The notes under the pieces were generated by a model. That model had not been told where the DNA came from, searched no databases, and saw only the letters and a program-made list of their open reading frames with translations. The position numbers and the translations under genes are program-made. Of a stretch of 64,000 nucleotides of DNA, positions 12,981-28,462 are shown in pieces. The stretch is from Octopus vulgaris (Eukaryota), in the NCBI GenBank assembly GCA_951406725.2, contig OX597827.1, positions 16,678,001 to 16,742,000 on the forward strand, written 5' to 3'. How positions within the stretch are numbered: the first letter of the stretch is position 1; each line of letters starts with the position of its first letter.

Positions 12981-14876
12981 CATATATACATATATACATA
13001 CATACATACATGTCTATATTTGTGGGGGGTGTATGTATGTATGCATGACTGGTTACCTCTGCAATTAAGAAGTTCGAAACTGGTTGTAATTTGTCAACCT
13101 CGGTGCTGAGATAACATCTATACATGATATAGATGGAGAAACGAATTGATTGTTTCTTATTTCCATACTCCTCTGTGAATAGTCTGTTGTCGAATTTAGG
13201 AAGCAAACGATATATTTCTCGCAATTTTCGTCTTAGAAATCATCGTTGTGCAGTGTTTCGTTAAGCAGACGACATGTCTTTTCGTCTGTAATGGCCGTTC
13301 AGTGTCTCATTAACCAAGCGCCGTATATCTCGTCATCTCCTATGAATTGTTTGTGGATTCGTTAACCACATTACGATAACGTCCATTTTCAATGAGCGTT
13401 TAGAGTCAGAAAACAATAATCTCTCTTCACCCTCCTCAACAACCGTTCACAATTTCAATAAGCAGAATGCATAATTCTCTTTTCCAACTCTAAATGTTTC
13501 CCTTCACAAATCTCAAGGGTCAGTAGGAATGGCTCTTCATTCCGGTTTCTATAACATTAAGTGGATCAGAAATAAATTTACTTGTGTACATGACGGAAGC
13601 TAATCTATCGAAGATATTATACCCATAAATTCGGCTACAGTTAAGAATACGGAGACAAACAGGTTTAATGTGTTCTGCCCGGACATTGAAGGAAATTTTT
13701 CGAGTCGTGTAACTGTTCCGTCGAGTGAAAAATTAAGATCAGTAATGAAAAAGAATCCCTTATCTTCACATAGTTTACCGATGTAGAAACATTTTTTTCA
13801 CTTGCTTCAACGGATAAATAAACGGATAAATAATTATGTTCATTAATGAAAGAAACGGAATTCTGCCTTCACATGGTTTATACTTCATCATAGTTTTTAA
13901 TATCTACAAAATCTCTTTTAAGCTGGTCTGAAAGTATCAATGCCTTATTGGATATTCATCTAAATGTAATTCTTTTCCCCTCGTATTACTTTACATAATT
14001 CTTTCAGAAATAATATCCCTTGTTCTCTGCTGACATATAAATGTGCCTTTGTTATTTCTTTCATTTTAAAGTCTAAGTGAATCCGTGTCCGCATTTACGG
14101 CTTGTGTTGAGGATATTTTCAATATCATGTTTTTCACTACTGCGATTATGTACATACGCAAGGATGTACGTACGTACGTACGGATGTATGTATGTATGTA
14201 TGTATGTATGTATGTATGTATGTATGTATGTATGTATGTATGTATGTATGTATGTATGTACGTACGTACGCACGCATGTATGTATGTAATATGTATGTAT
14301 TAGACGTATAATTTACAGGTTATGTAGCCTATAACATTACCATCGGCATTGTCGCTGATGTTGCTACGGTCATCAGAGCAGCTATCTATATTGCTTTTAT
14401 CGTTACTGTAGTTATTGCTCGAAATAGCATTGTTGTTGTTGGTGTTGATATATATGATGGAATTATTACTGCTATTTGGATATTTATTTAGAATAAACTG
14501 AATTATTCGTATTGCCTTGTCTCTCTCCTCTCTTTCCCGTGAGGGAGTATGATCGTAGCCATTGGCTATGAGAGATATCTACAACTGTCACTTCGGCAGC
14601 CATTTTAGAATTCATTTTCTGCCGTTAAGACAGATACAAACAAAATTAGCAATATTCAATCTTCTAAATAGCAAAGATGTATAACTATTGAATTCTTCGC
14701 CTTTCTTTCTCGCTAAAACGGCAATAAAACAAACACCAAATTTAAGTTACGTTAAACAAAACAATTATTGTAACAAGGCAAAGAAACAGCTGCATCAAAA
14801 CATGTTGTTTTTCAACAGATCAATACAAGAACAAGGACAAGAACAACAGCAGCAACGACTACGACGACAACAACAA

Positions 14877-14908
<32 letters not shown>

Positions 14909-15099
14909 ATAACAACAACATTGTAAGCAATGACAACAATTGATTCAAACATAAACATAAGGCCACACATTTGGAAGTAGAAAAGTTAGCTGATTAAATC
15001 CTCCCCCAGAACTTTATTCTATCAACCCTGGAAGGATGAAGGGGAAAGTTGAACTCAGCGAGATTTTACCTCATGGCATATATAACCGGAATAAATACA

Positions 15100-15292
15100 T
15101 ATTTCTTCACTACCCACAAGGGGCTAAACATAGAGGGGACAATCAAGGACAGACAGACGGATTAAGTCGATTATATCGACCCCAGTGCGTAACTGGTGCT
15201 TAATTTATCGAACCCGAAAGGATGAAAGGCAAAGTCGACCTTGGCGGAATTTGAACTCAGAACGTGCTAACTTTTCTGCCAGCTTGCCACCT
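15100..15292 (-). mobile_element. SINE family 2, internally deleted, 16-bp TSD
   Basis: TSD taaccggaataaatac at 15083-15098 and 15293-15308. Confidence 0.8.
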
Positions 15293-15650
15293 TAACCGGA
15301 ATAAATACCGTGAGGCCCTTCATCGGATACTTTAAACATTCAGCTGATCCACTTCCCCTTAATAATAATTGGTGGTATAAGCATAAATCCAGACATTTGG
15401 TGGTAGTTTGAGTATAAGCTATTCGAATATATTGGATTTCAAATTTTGGTGCAAGGTCAGCAAGTTTGGGGGATGCGGTAAGTCGATTACAATCGACCTC
15501 AGACTTCAACCGGGATTTATTTTATCGACCCCGAAAAGATGGAAGGTAAAGTCGACCATCGGTGGAATTTAAACTCAGAACACAAAGGCGGACGAAATGC
15601 CTCGAAGCAATTTCCACCTTGTGCTAACGATTCTACCAGTTCTCTGTCTT

Positions 15651-16145
<495 letters not shown>

Positions 16146-17215
16146 CTGTATATATATATAAAAGGCATGATATGTATGTGTGTGTGTGTGTACGTGAATG
16201 TAAATTATGCACGTCCACAAATTAGCACGCATGTTGCTCCAATTTTAGGAGGACATTCGTCACGATCCTAGCTGTATTTTCGTCAAATTATTTTCCCCGA
16301 GGCATCAGCGAATAGCGGTAAAAATAAATTTTCGACAATAACTTAACAATTTTCACAGTGGCGACAGAGGAGCAAGAATTAGGATTGGAAATGGAAAGAA
16401 TCTACAGAGCCTGAAAAGTGAGTGTACTACCTATTGCGATCGGGGCACGTGGGACCATCTCAAAAAGAGCAACATTCTGCCATCAAAATCTTCAAATATT
16501 AAATTTCTTAGGAAGTATTTAGACGGCAGCAATACTTGAAACAGCTCATATGTTGAGGAAAATGTTAGCTGCGAGATGGAACTGTGAGTTGACGTAGACC
16601 AGCGCTCCGGAAGCTGTATGCTGCGGCACACTGGTGTGTTACGAGACGATGCTAGATGTTCCGCAGTTTACTAACTTACTTGTACTTGTGACGACATTCA
16701 CCCTGGGCGGGTTGAGTCGGCTTCTTCTACTCATGGAAGAAGTTTCGTGGGAATATGTGGATTTCCCAAGTGGTCCCCAACAATCCCGCATGTGGAGACA
16801 TCCTGTTGGCTACAAGATTGTCCACAGACGCAGGGACAGAACGACCGAGGAGTCACCGGTTGCTGAGGCAGACACTCCGAGGATTTTCACCAGAGCCCCG
16901 TCTGCCGGGTTGTGGGCCTAATACCACTCGGTGTCAGACCAATCCGCCTTGGGTGGCCCCTACCAGGAACCGAAGTTCTCGACGGTATAGCTCTGACACT
17001 ACCCGTTGCCAGCGTCCTCGCCACGGTGAGGAGGGGATGGACTTTGGGGACGCCGCAGTTTAACCTGAATATAATTTTTTCCCTATACTTTTAGTTATAT
17101 TTTTAGTTCAGGTGTGCCGCCGAATTTTGAAAGGAATAAAATTGTATCGCAGGTGAAAAAAGGTTGGGGAGTACTGACATAGATACAGGTAAATCAGAAG
17201 ATAAATAAATAATAA

Positions 17216-17631
17216 TCTTTTACTCTTTTATTTGTTTCAGTAATTTGACTGCGGCCATGCTGGAGCACCGCCTTTAGTCGAGCAAATCGACTCTAGGACA
17301 TATTTTTTGTAAGCCTAGCACATATTCTATCGGTCTCTTTTGCCGAACCGCTTTGTTACGGGGACGTAAACACACCAGCATCTGTTGTCAAGCGATGTTA
17401 GGGGGACAAACACTGACACACAAACATATACACACACATACACTAATATACATATATACATATATATACGACGGGCTTCTTTCAGTTTTCGTCTACCAAA
17501 TCCACTCACAAGGCTTTGGTCGGCCCGAGGGTATAGTAGAAGACACTTGCCCAAGGTGACACGCAGTGGGACTGAACCCGGAACCATGTGGTTGGTAAGC
17601 AAGCTACTTACCACACAGCCACTCCTGCGCC
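17216..17631 (-). mobile_element. SINE family 1, full length
   Basis: Reverse complement of 1271-1688. Confidence 0.85.
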
Positions 17632-18144
17632 TATAGTAATGATAATAATAATAATACAGTTGACTTCTCCCTTTTGCGTAAGACTACAAATTTTGCTGAC
17701 TTAGTCATTTTTTCTTTCGTTGACACGAGTACATAACAGCTATTTGTAGTCTCAACGGCGTTTACAATTTTCTCTGATACATTAGCAAAATTGCATGAAA
17801 CTCGTCGGCTAGTTCTCTGATATCTTTATAAATCTCAGACACAATTGCAGCTGGATTAAAAAACACAAAAGCATTTTATATTGATCGAATCTATTCCGTT
17901 CAGAGGAATCAGTTCTGGGACGTACACACGTGCGCATGCGCTACTAAACACGCTTTCGCACACACATGCGCAAAAAGGTCTGATGTACATGTATACACTT
18001 ACACGTGCGTACAACTGCTTCTGCTCCTGCATTTCACTTCCTCCCCTTTCTCTCTATATGTATGTATACATACATACGTACATACATACATACATACATA
18101 CATACATACATACATACATACACATACATACATACATACATACA

Positions 18145-18237
<93 letters not shown>

Positions 18238-18412
18238 CTAGTTTCAGCTCAGAGCTGTGGCCATGCTGATGCACCGCCGTATATGTATATATATATAAAT
18301 ACATACATATACGTATGTATATATATGTATATACACACACATACACACACACATATATATATATACATATATATGCACACACACAAAACACACATATTTA
18401 TCGATATATCTA

Positions 18413-18490
<78 letters not shown>

Positions 18491-18522
18491 GCTATCTATA
18501 TGTGTGTGTGTGCATATATATA

Positions 18523-18558
<36 letters not shown>

Positions 18559-19115
18559 TGTATGTATGTATGCATAGATTTAATCTCCAGAGAATCAAAC
18601 CTACACACGTACGTACACCATACACACCGTTTTTTCACAACCACGTGCGTACATATGGACGAGCGAACCTCCCCGCCCAGAAAAAAATACATAAATGAAT
18701 TTAAAAAAAAAATTTTATTAGATCTTTACATAAATAATTTTGCATCATCGTTCTTCCGTTTTCGCAAATGAAATTCTTTACTAATATATAGCTACTGAGA
18801 CTAGCAGTGGTGAGCCGTGTTATTAATTAAAGTTCCCACTATATTAATATTGGAAATTGAAAAAAAAAAAAAAGTATATATATATTAAAACACTAGCTTA
18901 TATTGTACTGACTTTGTCTTGTTAAACATTCTGATTAAAACTAGAGTATTTTTATAGATACGTACATACACAGGCACACATACACATATACATAGACACA
19001 CACGTATACATACATACATACATGCATACATACATACATACATACATACATACATACATACATGCATACATATATATATATATAGATATGCATAAATGTA
19101 TATATATATGTGTAT

Positions 19116-19169
<54 letters not shown>

Positions 19170-19400
19170 GTATATGTATATATGTATATAGAAAAATTAT
19201 GAGATAGAGGTTATGCAACCGTCTAAGGGATAAATATATCCGTAGGCACTACTGATGTATTACGTAACTATGCATAGGCCTTGGTGTAAATTTAACAGTA
19301 GCTGGTAATTTATTTTATCTCATCTATGTGTGTATATGTATATATATATGAATATATATATATATGTGTATATATATATATATGTGTGTGTATATATATG

Positions 19401-19455
<55 letters not shown>

Positions 19456-19571
19456 GTATATATATATGTGTATATATATATATATGTATACACACACACA
19501 TATACTTTTATATACGCATGTGAGTCAAAGAATGAGGCAAATAAAAGCTGCGTTACTTTGAGTTGTCTTCG

Positions 19572-20315
19572 TACATACATATAATACATATATTACATAG
19601 ATGCATACATACATGCATATATACATACATACATACATGCATACATACATACATACATACATACATGCATACATACATACATACATACATACATACATAC
19701 ATACATACATACATACATACATCCATACATATATACATACATACATACATACATACATGCATGCATACATACATACATACACACATATATACATACATAC
19801 ATACACACATACATACATACACACATACATACATACGTACATACATACATACTTACATACATACATTACATACATACATACATACATACACACATACATA
19901 CATACATACATACATACATACATACATACATACATACATACATACATACATACATACATACATACATACATACATACATACATACATACATACATACATA
20001 CATACATACATACATACATACATACATACATACATACATACATACATACATGCATACATACATACATACATACATACGTACACACATGCGTAAGTAACGT
20101 TTTAAGCAATATAAAGCCGGAAAGAAAAAAAAGAATGTATGATGTTATATTTGGCGTAGTTTGGAATGTAGGTTGTCGCTCTCTTATAGAATGATGATTG
20201 ATATGAATTTAATATTACCATTACAGCATCAGCAGCACAGCAGCAGCGAAACCAACAATATCAACTCCTCCTCCTCCTCCTCCTCCTTCAACTACTACTA
20301 CTACTACTACCACCA

Positions 20316-20372
<57 letters not shown>

Positions 20373-20401
20373 ATACTAATAATAATAATAATAATTATAA
20401 C

Positions 20402-20457
<56 letters not shown>

Positions 20458-20459
20458 TG

Positions 20460-20522
<63 letters not shown>
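19572..20522. repeat. Long (CATA)n, then (CTC)n/(CTA)n/(AAT)n microsatellites
   Basis: Direct reading; a short unique stretch lies at ~20090-20260. Confidence 0.9.
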
Positions 20523-20525
<3 letters not shown>

Positions 20526-21114
20526 GTCTCAAAATTTGCCACAATGCTCGAAATGAGGAGTAGATAAGCAGCCGACAACTGATGAAGGGTCGAGAACAAA
20601 ACGAGAAACGCGAGACGCCTTACATTTACATACACGTACATAACTACTTACCAGGGACGTGCCGCCTGGATAAGCAAGGTAGGCAGTGTCTACACCGAAT
20701 GAAATAGATCGATAGTAACAGTTTCCTTTTATGCTAAAATGTGCATCTAATTCAATAAAATCATGAAGGACACTCTGATTATTATGCAAAAAATGCAAAC
20801 TATTTTATTGTTTTGTAGATTAGGTAGACATAATTTGCTCCTGCTTTTCAATATCAGTATTAAAGCTACGCATAATACTGCTGTAGTACACATGCTGCGT
20901 GCATTCCTACAACAACGTTTTCTTTACGCGCTATAAAGGCAGAAGTAAATCTGCCCCCAACTCAGTCGCGCTTATTTTTTTGTGTGCTTTACTACATAAA
21001 CGTTACCAACTGCCCTCCCCGAGTAATCACTCATGGCACGTGCCTGCTACTTACATACACAGACATCCACACATATGTATGTATGAATGCATGTATGTAG
21101 GTATGGATGGGAGC

Positions 21115-21210
<96 letters not shown>

Positions 21211-21216
21211 GTAAAT

Positions 21217-21315
<99 letters not shown>

Positions 21316-23139
21316 CTCATATACCTTACAGTCTGGCCAGGTTACGCATTTCAACCAGAGGCGTAGTAAATTTATTCAGAAAACTATGTCTTGAAGATAG
21401 AACACTTGCCGCCCGACTTCAGTTAAGAGGCAATGAGAAGTTAGAAGAAATTTCGTATCCCTTCATTCTGTACTCAGGAGTGACTGTTCCCCTTCTTTCT
21501 TCCCACGCTTCTCATACGAGCTACAATATTTATACTTGCCAATGGTATGAAGTACTTTAACACATGCTCATGCTCAACCATCACTATTAGATAGTACTGT
21601 AAATTCTGCTAACACATTCATGACAAAACCTAATTGAGAAGGCGCAAGAGGCGGCGCATTAGTTTCTCAAATAATTAAAAAAAAATATCTTAAATTGTAA
21701 GTTACTTGCACTAAAGCAACTAATTTCCCAACATACAAAGCAAACCAACCAACCAACCAACCAACCAACCAACCAACCAACAAACAAACAAACCAACCAA
21801 CACGGCAACCTAATTACCAACTCCTCACCTTCAGTCATCGAGTTCTGCTCCACTTGTCTTACTATCTTCTGACCTCCTATCGATCTTCACAATAGACTCT
21901 CACACATCACTAATCAAAACAAAAGCGTTTTCACAAACTTCAAAAATGCCTGGTGGAACCACTTTGTTCAAGAAATCTAATTACATCGCAAAATTGAAAA
22001 TCAACACATCACAATAACCATCATTTTTCGATTTTATCAGCTGACAGCATCTCACAAGACGGTTTCAGACCATTACTCTCAACTAAACACCGCTCACAAA
22101 TCATAAAAAAAGTACATGATGACTTGGAAAGCAAAATGGGCGAATTTGCAGAGTCGTTACAGTCGCTGACTCTCTGCTCTGAGGTCAACTTCCGACAAGG
22201 TCAACTTCGCCTTTCATTCATTCGGTGTCACTAAATAAGAAAGGTACCAATCTAAAGCTGTGGATAGGTGGGTTCGTTAGAATGTCATACCGGATGCTGT
22301 GTGTTATTTGTTCGAGTTCCGTGCCTTCTGAGTTTGAATCTCGCCATGGCCCACATAGGTGGTAGACTTAACCCGTCACCTTGTTTAACACTTCGGATGT
22401 CTTTAGTAGAGTCCAATCTGCCAGCATTCTGATCAAGTTTTGGGATACTTTCTTCGCTCACTCTCATTAATCTGGAATGCCTTGTAACGGATCATGGGCA
22501 CCGCTCTCGACTGAAAGATAGGATTTAGACCCCCCAATAAAGAAAACCCTGCTAATTACTATCGGCACCATCAAATTTTTTAAATCTAGTCCCTACTTAT
22601 AAAGAAACATCTTAAGAAACATCAAAACGTTGATTAGAAAACAATCTTCCAACTCAGGGCTGTGTTGTATGCAATGAAAATAACAACCACATTTTCTTAT
22701 TCTCTTCATCTTTTTCCTTTAGAATCACCTTATCTATCACTTCTTTCATTGAACTGCGGTTAGACTGGTGTGTTACCTTAAACTGTTTTAGTTGAACAAA
22801 CGAGCTCCAATTATTATTTAAAAAAATAATTTGTACTTATTCTATCGGTCACTTCTGCAGAAATGCTAATGTTATAGGGCCGTAAAGAAACCAGCTCCTG
22901 CCTCCCAGGGTTTAAACTTGGCCAAGGTATTTTCTTTTTGTATGGAAATCCATCTGTTGCCTATACTGTAAATCTCTTCTCCATAAACCATCAATATTGC
23001 CCACGGGAAAAATAGGGGCCAATATAACTTAGCACCGGTGTCATCGCAAATGCATTTGGAACCTAAAGATTAAGAAAGAATACCGCAAAACATTCTATCT
23101 TATCCTCTACCAGTCTCGCCAATCCCCTGCTCTGTACAA

Positions 23140-25420
23140 GAAATTTATTTTATCGGCCCCTGAATGGTAAAGCTGACCTCAGAAAATTTTGAACTCAGAT
23201 CATTAAGATTCCGTGACAACTACTGCAGGATATTCTGCCAATCCACCACTTTTTTTAGAACTCAAATACCCTCCTCCAAACTGGAAACAGGAAACTTATT
23301 TTATCGACCCTCAGTGGTAAAGCTGACTAACGGTAGGACATTCTGTCAATCTAGCCACCATTTTAGATCTCAAATGCCCTCCTCCAAAATGGAAACAGAA
23401 AATTTATTTTAACGACCCTCAATGGTAAAGCTGACTTACTGCGGGGCATTCTGTCAATCTAGTCACCATTTTAGGTCTCAAATGCCCTCCTCCAAATCGG
23501 AAACAGGAAATGTATTTTAACGACCCTCAATGGTAAAGCTGACTTACTGCGGGGCGTTCTGTCAATCTAGCCACCATTTTAGATCTCAAATGCTCTCCTC
23601 CAAATCGGAAGCAGGAAATGTATTTTAACGACCCTCAATGGTAAAGCTGACTTACTGCGGGGCATTCTGTCAATCTAGCCACCATTTTAGATCTCAAATG
23701 CCCTCCTCCAAATCGGAAACAGGAAATTTATTTTATCGACCCTCAATGGTAAAGCTGACTTACTGCGGGGCATTCTGTCAATCTAGCCACCATTTTAGAT
23801 CTCAAATGCTCTCCTCCAAATCGGAAGCAGGAAATATATTTTAACGACCCTCAATTGTAAAGCTGACTTACTGCTGACTTACTGCGGGCATTCTGTCAAT
23901 CTAGCCACCATTTTAGATCTCAAATGCCCTCCTCCAAATCGGAAACAGGAAATTTATTTTATCGACCCTCAATGGTAAAGCTAACTTACTGCGGGGCATT
24001 CTGTCAATCTAGCCACCATTTTAGATCTCAAATGCCCTCCTCCAAATTGGAAACAGGAAATTTATTTTAACGACCCTCAATGGTAAAGCTGACTTACTGC
24101 GGGGCATTCTGTCAATCTAGCCACCATTTTAGATCTCAAATGCTCTCCTCCAAATCGGAAGCAGGAAATGTATTTTAACGACCCTCAATGGTAAAGCTGA
24201 CTTACGGCGGGGCATTCTGTCAATCTAGTCACCATTTTAGGTCTCAAATGCCCTCCTCCAAATCGGAAACAGGAAATTTATTTTAACGACCCTCAATGGT
24301 AAAGCTAACTTACTGCGGGGCATTCTGTCAATCTAGCCACCATTTTAGATCTCAAATGCTCTCCTCCAAATCGGAAGCAGGAAAAGTATTTTAACGACCC
24401 TCAATGGTAAAGCTGACTTACTGCGGGGCATTCTGTCAATCTAGTCACCATTTTAGGCCTCAAATGCCCTCCTCCAAATCGGAAACAGGAAATTTATTTT
24501 AACGACCCTCAATGGTAAAGCTGACTTACTGCGGGGCATTCTGTCAATCTAGCCACCATTTTAGATCTCAAATGCTCTCCTCCAAATCGGAAGCAGGAAA
24601 TGTATTTTAACGACCCTCAATGGTAAAGCTGACTTACTGCGGGACATTCTGTCAATCTAGCCACCATTTTAGATCTCAAATGCCCTCCTCCAAATCGGAA
24701 ACAGGAAATTTATTTTATCGACCCTCAATGGTAAAGCTAACTTACTGCGGGGCATTCTGTCAATCTAGCCACCATTTTAGATCTCAAATGCCCTCCTCCA
24801 AATCGGAAACAGGAAATTTATTTTATCGACCCTCAATGGTAAAGCTAACTTACTGCGGGGCATTCTGTCAATCTAGCCACCATTTTAGATCTCAAATGCC
24901 CTCCTCCAAATCGGAAACAGGAAATTTATTTTAACGACCCTCAATGGTAAAGCTGACTTACTGCGGGGCATTCTGTCAATCTAGCCACCATTTTAGATCT
25001 CAAATGCTCTCCTCCAAATCGGAAGCAGGAAATGTATTTTAACGACCCTCAATGGTAAAGCTAACTTACTGCGGGGCATTCTGTCAATCTAGCCACCATT
25101 TTAGATCTCAAATGCTCTCCAAATCGGAAGCAGGAAATGTATTTTAACGACCCTCAATTGTAAAGCTGACTTACTGCGGGGCGTTCTGTCAATCTAGCCA
25201 CCATTTTAGATCTCAAATGCCCTCCTCCAAATTGGAAACAGGAAATTTATTTTAACGACCCTCAATGGTGAAGCTGACTTACTGCGGGACATTTTGTCAA
25301 TCTAGCCACCATTTTAGATGTCAAATACCCTCCAAATCGGAAACAGAAAGTTATTTTATCGGCTCCTGAATCTACCAAACATTTTAGATCTCAAATACTT
25401 CCCCCCAAATCGGAAACAGC
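23140..25420. repeat. 108-bp tandem satellite, about 20 copies
   Basis: Unit cgaccctcaatggtaaagctgacttactgcggggcattc... starts at 23413, 23521, 23629 (period 108); degenerate edges. Confidence 0.95.
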
Positions 25421-25636
25421 ACAAGCAATACTCTTTATTTTCTCATCACGGTTTGTAAACAGGACATATCTTTAGGCTGCCAACACAACGAAATGAGAAG
25501 TAAAGAACCCCTGAAGGGGGCCAGCCTTGTCACTATACACATAACCGCTGCAAAACACGCAAATATACAATGCATACACAAATCTTAAATGGCTCATGAC
25601 TCCAATGACACCCTCCTACTGATTCTAACAGACATA

Positions 25637-26425
25637 TGTTTCTTTATTACTCACAACGGGCTATACACAGAGGGGACAAACAAGGACAGACAAACGGATT
25701 AAGTCAATTACATCGACCCCAGTGCGTAAATTGGTACTTAATTTTATCGACCCCGAAAGGATGAAAGGCAAAGTCGACCTCGGCGGAATTTCATCTCAGA
25801 ACGTAACGGCAGACGAAATACCTATTTCTTTACTACCCACAAGGGGCTAAACACAGAGGGGACAAAAAAGGACAGACAAACGGATTAAGTCAATTACATC
25901 GACCCCAGTGCGTAATTGGTACTTAATTTTATCGACCCCGAAATGATGAAAGGCAAAGTCGACCTCGGCGGAATTTCATCTCAGAACGTAACGGCAGACG
26001 AAATACCTATTTCTTTACTACTCACAAGGGGCTAAACACAGAGGGGACAAACAAGGACAGACAAACGGATTAAGTCAATTATATCGACCCCAGTGCGGAA
26101 TTGGTACTTAATTTTATCGACCCCGAAAGGATGAAGGGCAAAGTCGACCTCGGCGGAATTTGATCTCAGAACGTAACGGCAGACGAAATACCTATTTCTT
26201 TACTACCCACAAGGGGCTAAACACAGAGGGGACAATCAAGGACAGGCAAATGGATTAAGTCGATTACATCGACCCCAGTGCGTAAATTGGTACTTAATTT
26301 TATCGACCCCGAAAGGATGAAAGGCAGAGTCGACCTCGGCGGAATTTGAACTCAGAACGTAACGGCAGACGAAAAACGGCTACGCATTTCTCCCGGCGTG
26401 GTAACGGTTCAGCCACTCGCCGCCT
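25637..26425 (-). mobile_element. SINE family 2 tandem array (1 head + 4 bodies)
   Basis: About 185-bp units joined at gacgaaatacc|tatttcttt (~25821, ~26006, ~26191). Confidence 0.85.
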
Positions 26426-26488
26426 TTCAAACATAACAATCACAAACACATACACAGTTCCAATAGCTTCGTTTGCTTCTATGTGGCT

Positions 26489-26716
26489 GCGAGCTGGCAG
26501 AAACGTTAAAATGCCGGGCGAAATGCGTAGCCGTATTTCGTCTGCCGTTACGTTCTGAGTTCAAATTCCGCCGAGGTCGACTTTGCCTTTCATCATTTCG
26601 GGGTCGATAAATTAAGTACCAGTTATGCACTGGGGTCGATATAATCGACTTAATCCGTTTGTCTGTCCTTGTTTGTCCCCTCTGTGTTTAGCCCCTTGTG
26701 GGTAGTAAAGAAGTAG
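26489..26716 (+). mobile_element. SINE family 2, head-to-head with the preceding array
   Basis: Same sequence as 2055-2280. Confidence 0.85.
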
Positions 26717-26729
26717 ATATTCATATTAT

Positions 26730-27113
26730 GTGGAGGCGCAATGGCCCAGTGGTTAGGGCAGCGGACTCGCGGTCGTAGGATCGTGGTTTCGATTCCCAGA
26801 CCGGGCGTTGTGAGTGTTTATTGAGCGAAAACACCTTAAAGCTCCACGAGGCTCCGGCAGGGATGGTGGTGATCCCTGCTGTACTCTTTCACCACAACTT
26901 TCTCTCACTCTTACTTCCTGTTTCTGTTGTACCTGTATTTCAAAGGGCCGGCCTTGTCACTCTCTGTGTCATGCTGAATATCCCCGAGAACTGCGTTAAG
27001 GGTACACGTGTCTGTGGAGTGCTCAGCCACTTACACGTTAATTTCACGAGCAGGCTGTTCCGTTGATTCTGATCAATCAGAACCCTCGTCGTCGTAACCG
27101 ACGGAGTGCTTCC
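26730..27113 (+). mobile_element. tRNA-derived SINE family 3, full length with 11-bp TSD
   Basis: Head ggaggcgcaatggcccagtggttagggcagcggactcgcgg..ggtttcgattccc with A/B boxes; TSD attcatattat at 26719-26729 and 27114-27124. Confidence 0.85.
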
Positions 27114-27344
27114 ATTCATATTATACAGAGAAGAGTCGTAAGGGTGTTTATAGTCGATTAAATTGTCTGTCTTCTCACCATCCCTCTTAGTATTGGGTTG
27201 GTACTTTATTTTATCGACCTGTTACCGCCAGAGAATAACAAATGACAATGCTGACCTCGACAGGGCCTGATCTCAGAAATATCAAGTGACCCTAACAAAA
27301 ATATCGCAAAACACTTTGTGCTTGGCATTCTGCAGATTCTATCG

Positions 27345-27430
27345 ATAACAAACAGCAACAATAACGACCACGACCACGACAACAACAACAACGATAACAA
27401 TTGCTGTCGCTGTTGTTGTTGCTGCTGCTG

Positions 27431-27481
<51 letters not shown>

Positions 27482-27711
27482 TCTTATGCTCTAATATTAC
27501 TACTACTACTACTACTACCACAACCATCAACACCGCCATCACTACTACTACTACTACTACTATCTTATGCTCTACTAACTACTACTACTACTACTACCAC
27601 CACCATCACTACTACTACTACTACTACTATCTTATGCTCTAATACTACTACTACCACTACTATCTTATGCTCTAATACTACTACTACTACCACAACCATC
27701 AACACCACCAT

Positions 27712-27773
<62 letters not shown>

Positions 27774-27879
27774 TCTTATGCTCTAATACTACTACTACTA
27801 CCACCACCATCAACACCGCCATCACTATCTTATGCTCTACTACTTCTACTACTGCTACCACCACCATCAACACCACCAT

Positions 27880-27938
<59 letters not shown>

Positions 27939-27975
27939 TTACTACTACTACTACTACTACTACTGCTGCTGCTGC
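27345..27975. repeat. (ACT)n compound repeat punctuated by a recurring atcttatgctcta motif
   Basis: Motif recurs about 6 times between ACT/ACC runs. Confidence 0.9.
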
Positions 27976-28462
27976 ACATGAAAAATATGCGAGTGAATGC
28001 GAACTCAAATCACAAATATTACTAAATTACACTTTCGTCCAGAATTATGATTATCACTCCTGGAGAAAAAACCGCATCAAGAAACCAACGAAGGAGCCTC
28101 TATGAAGTCACTCTTCTTGCAAAGAAATAGTAGTTATTCTCCTCCAAACCATAAATCATTTTCTTAAAAAGAATTGACATCCTTGGAATAATATAGTCCC
28201 AGATTATTCTTGTCTTTTTTAATGAGTTTCACTGTAGAAGCGAGTGATCTGATGATAATCACATGTGCGCATGCGTGCGCTCGTGTGTGCATGTGTGCAT
28301 TTTGTGTTTGTGTGTTTTTTAGTTTGTTGCGTGTGTTGTGCGTGTGTTGCGTTTGTGCGTGTCTTGTGTTGGCACTAATACAGATCGATAATATTGATTT
28401 GAAGCGATATATTTCAACGTATGTATCACTGCTCTGGACATTTGTGGTTCTAGTGTGCTATA

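Noticed and set aside
16350-16480. ca-g-tggcgac as an LTR end plus primer-binding site
   Set aside because: No second LTR and no gag/pol similarity seen
16935-17065. GC-rich segment containing tcctcgc as an HDV-like ribozyme
   Set aside because: P3 pairing fails and I could not build P1/P2; probably a TE fragment of undetermined class
23140-25420. 108-bp array as a CRISPR array or a 36-aa Cys/His repeat protein
   Set aside because: No unique spacers or cas genes; most units carry an in-frame TAA, indels break the frame, and the C/H spacing does not fit a C2H2 finger
26730-26805. SINE heads as tRNA genes
   Set aside because: No complete cloverleaf; they run into SINE bodies and have TSDs
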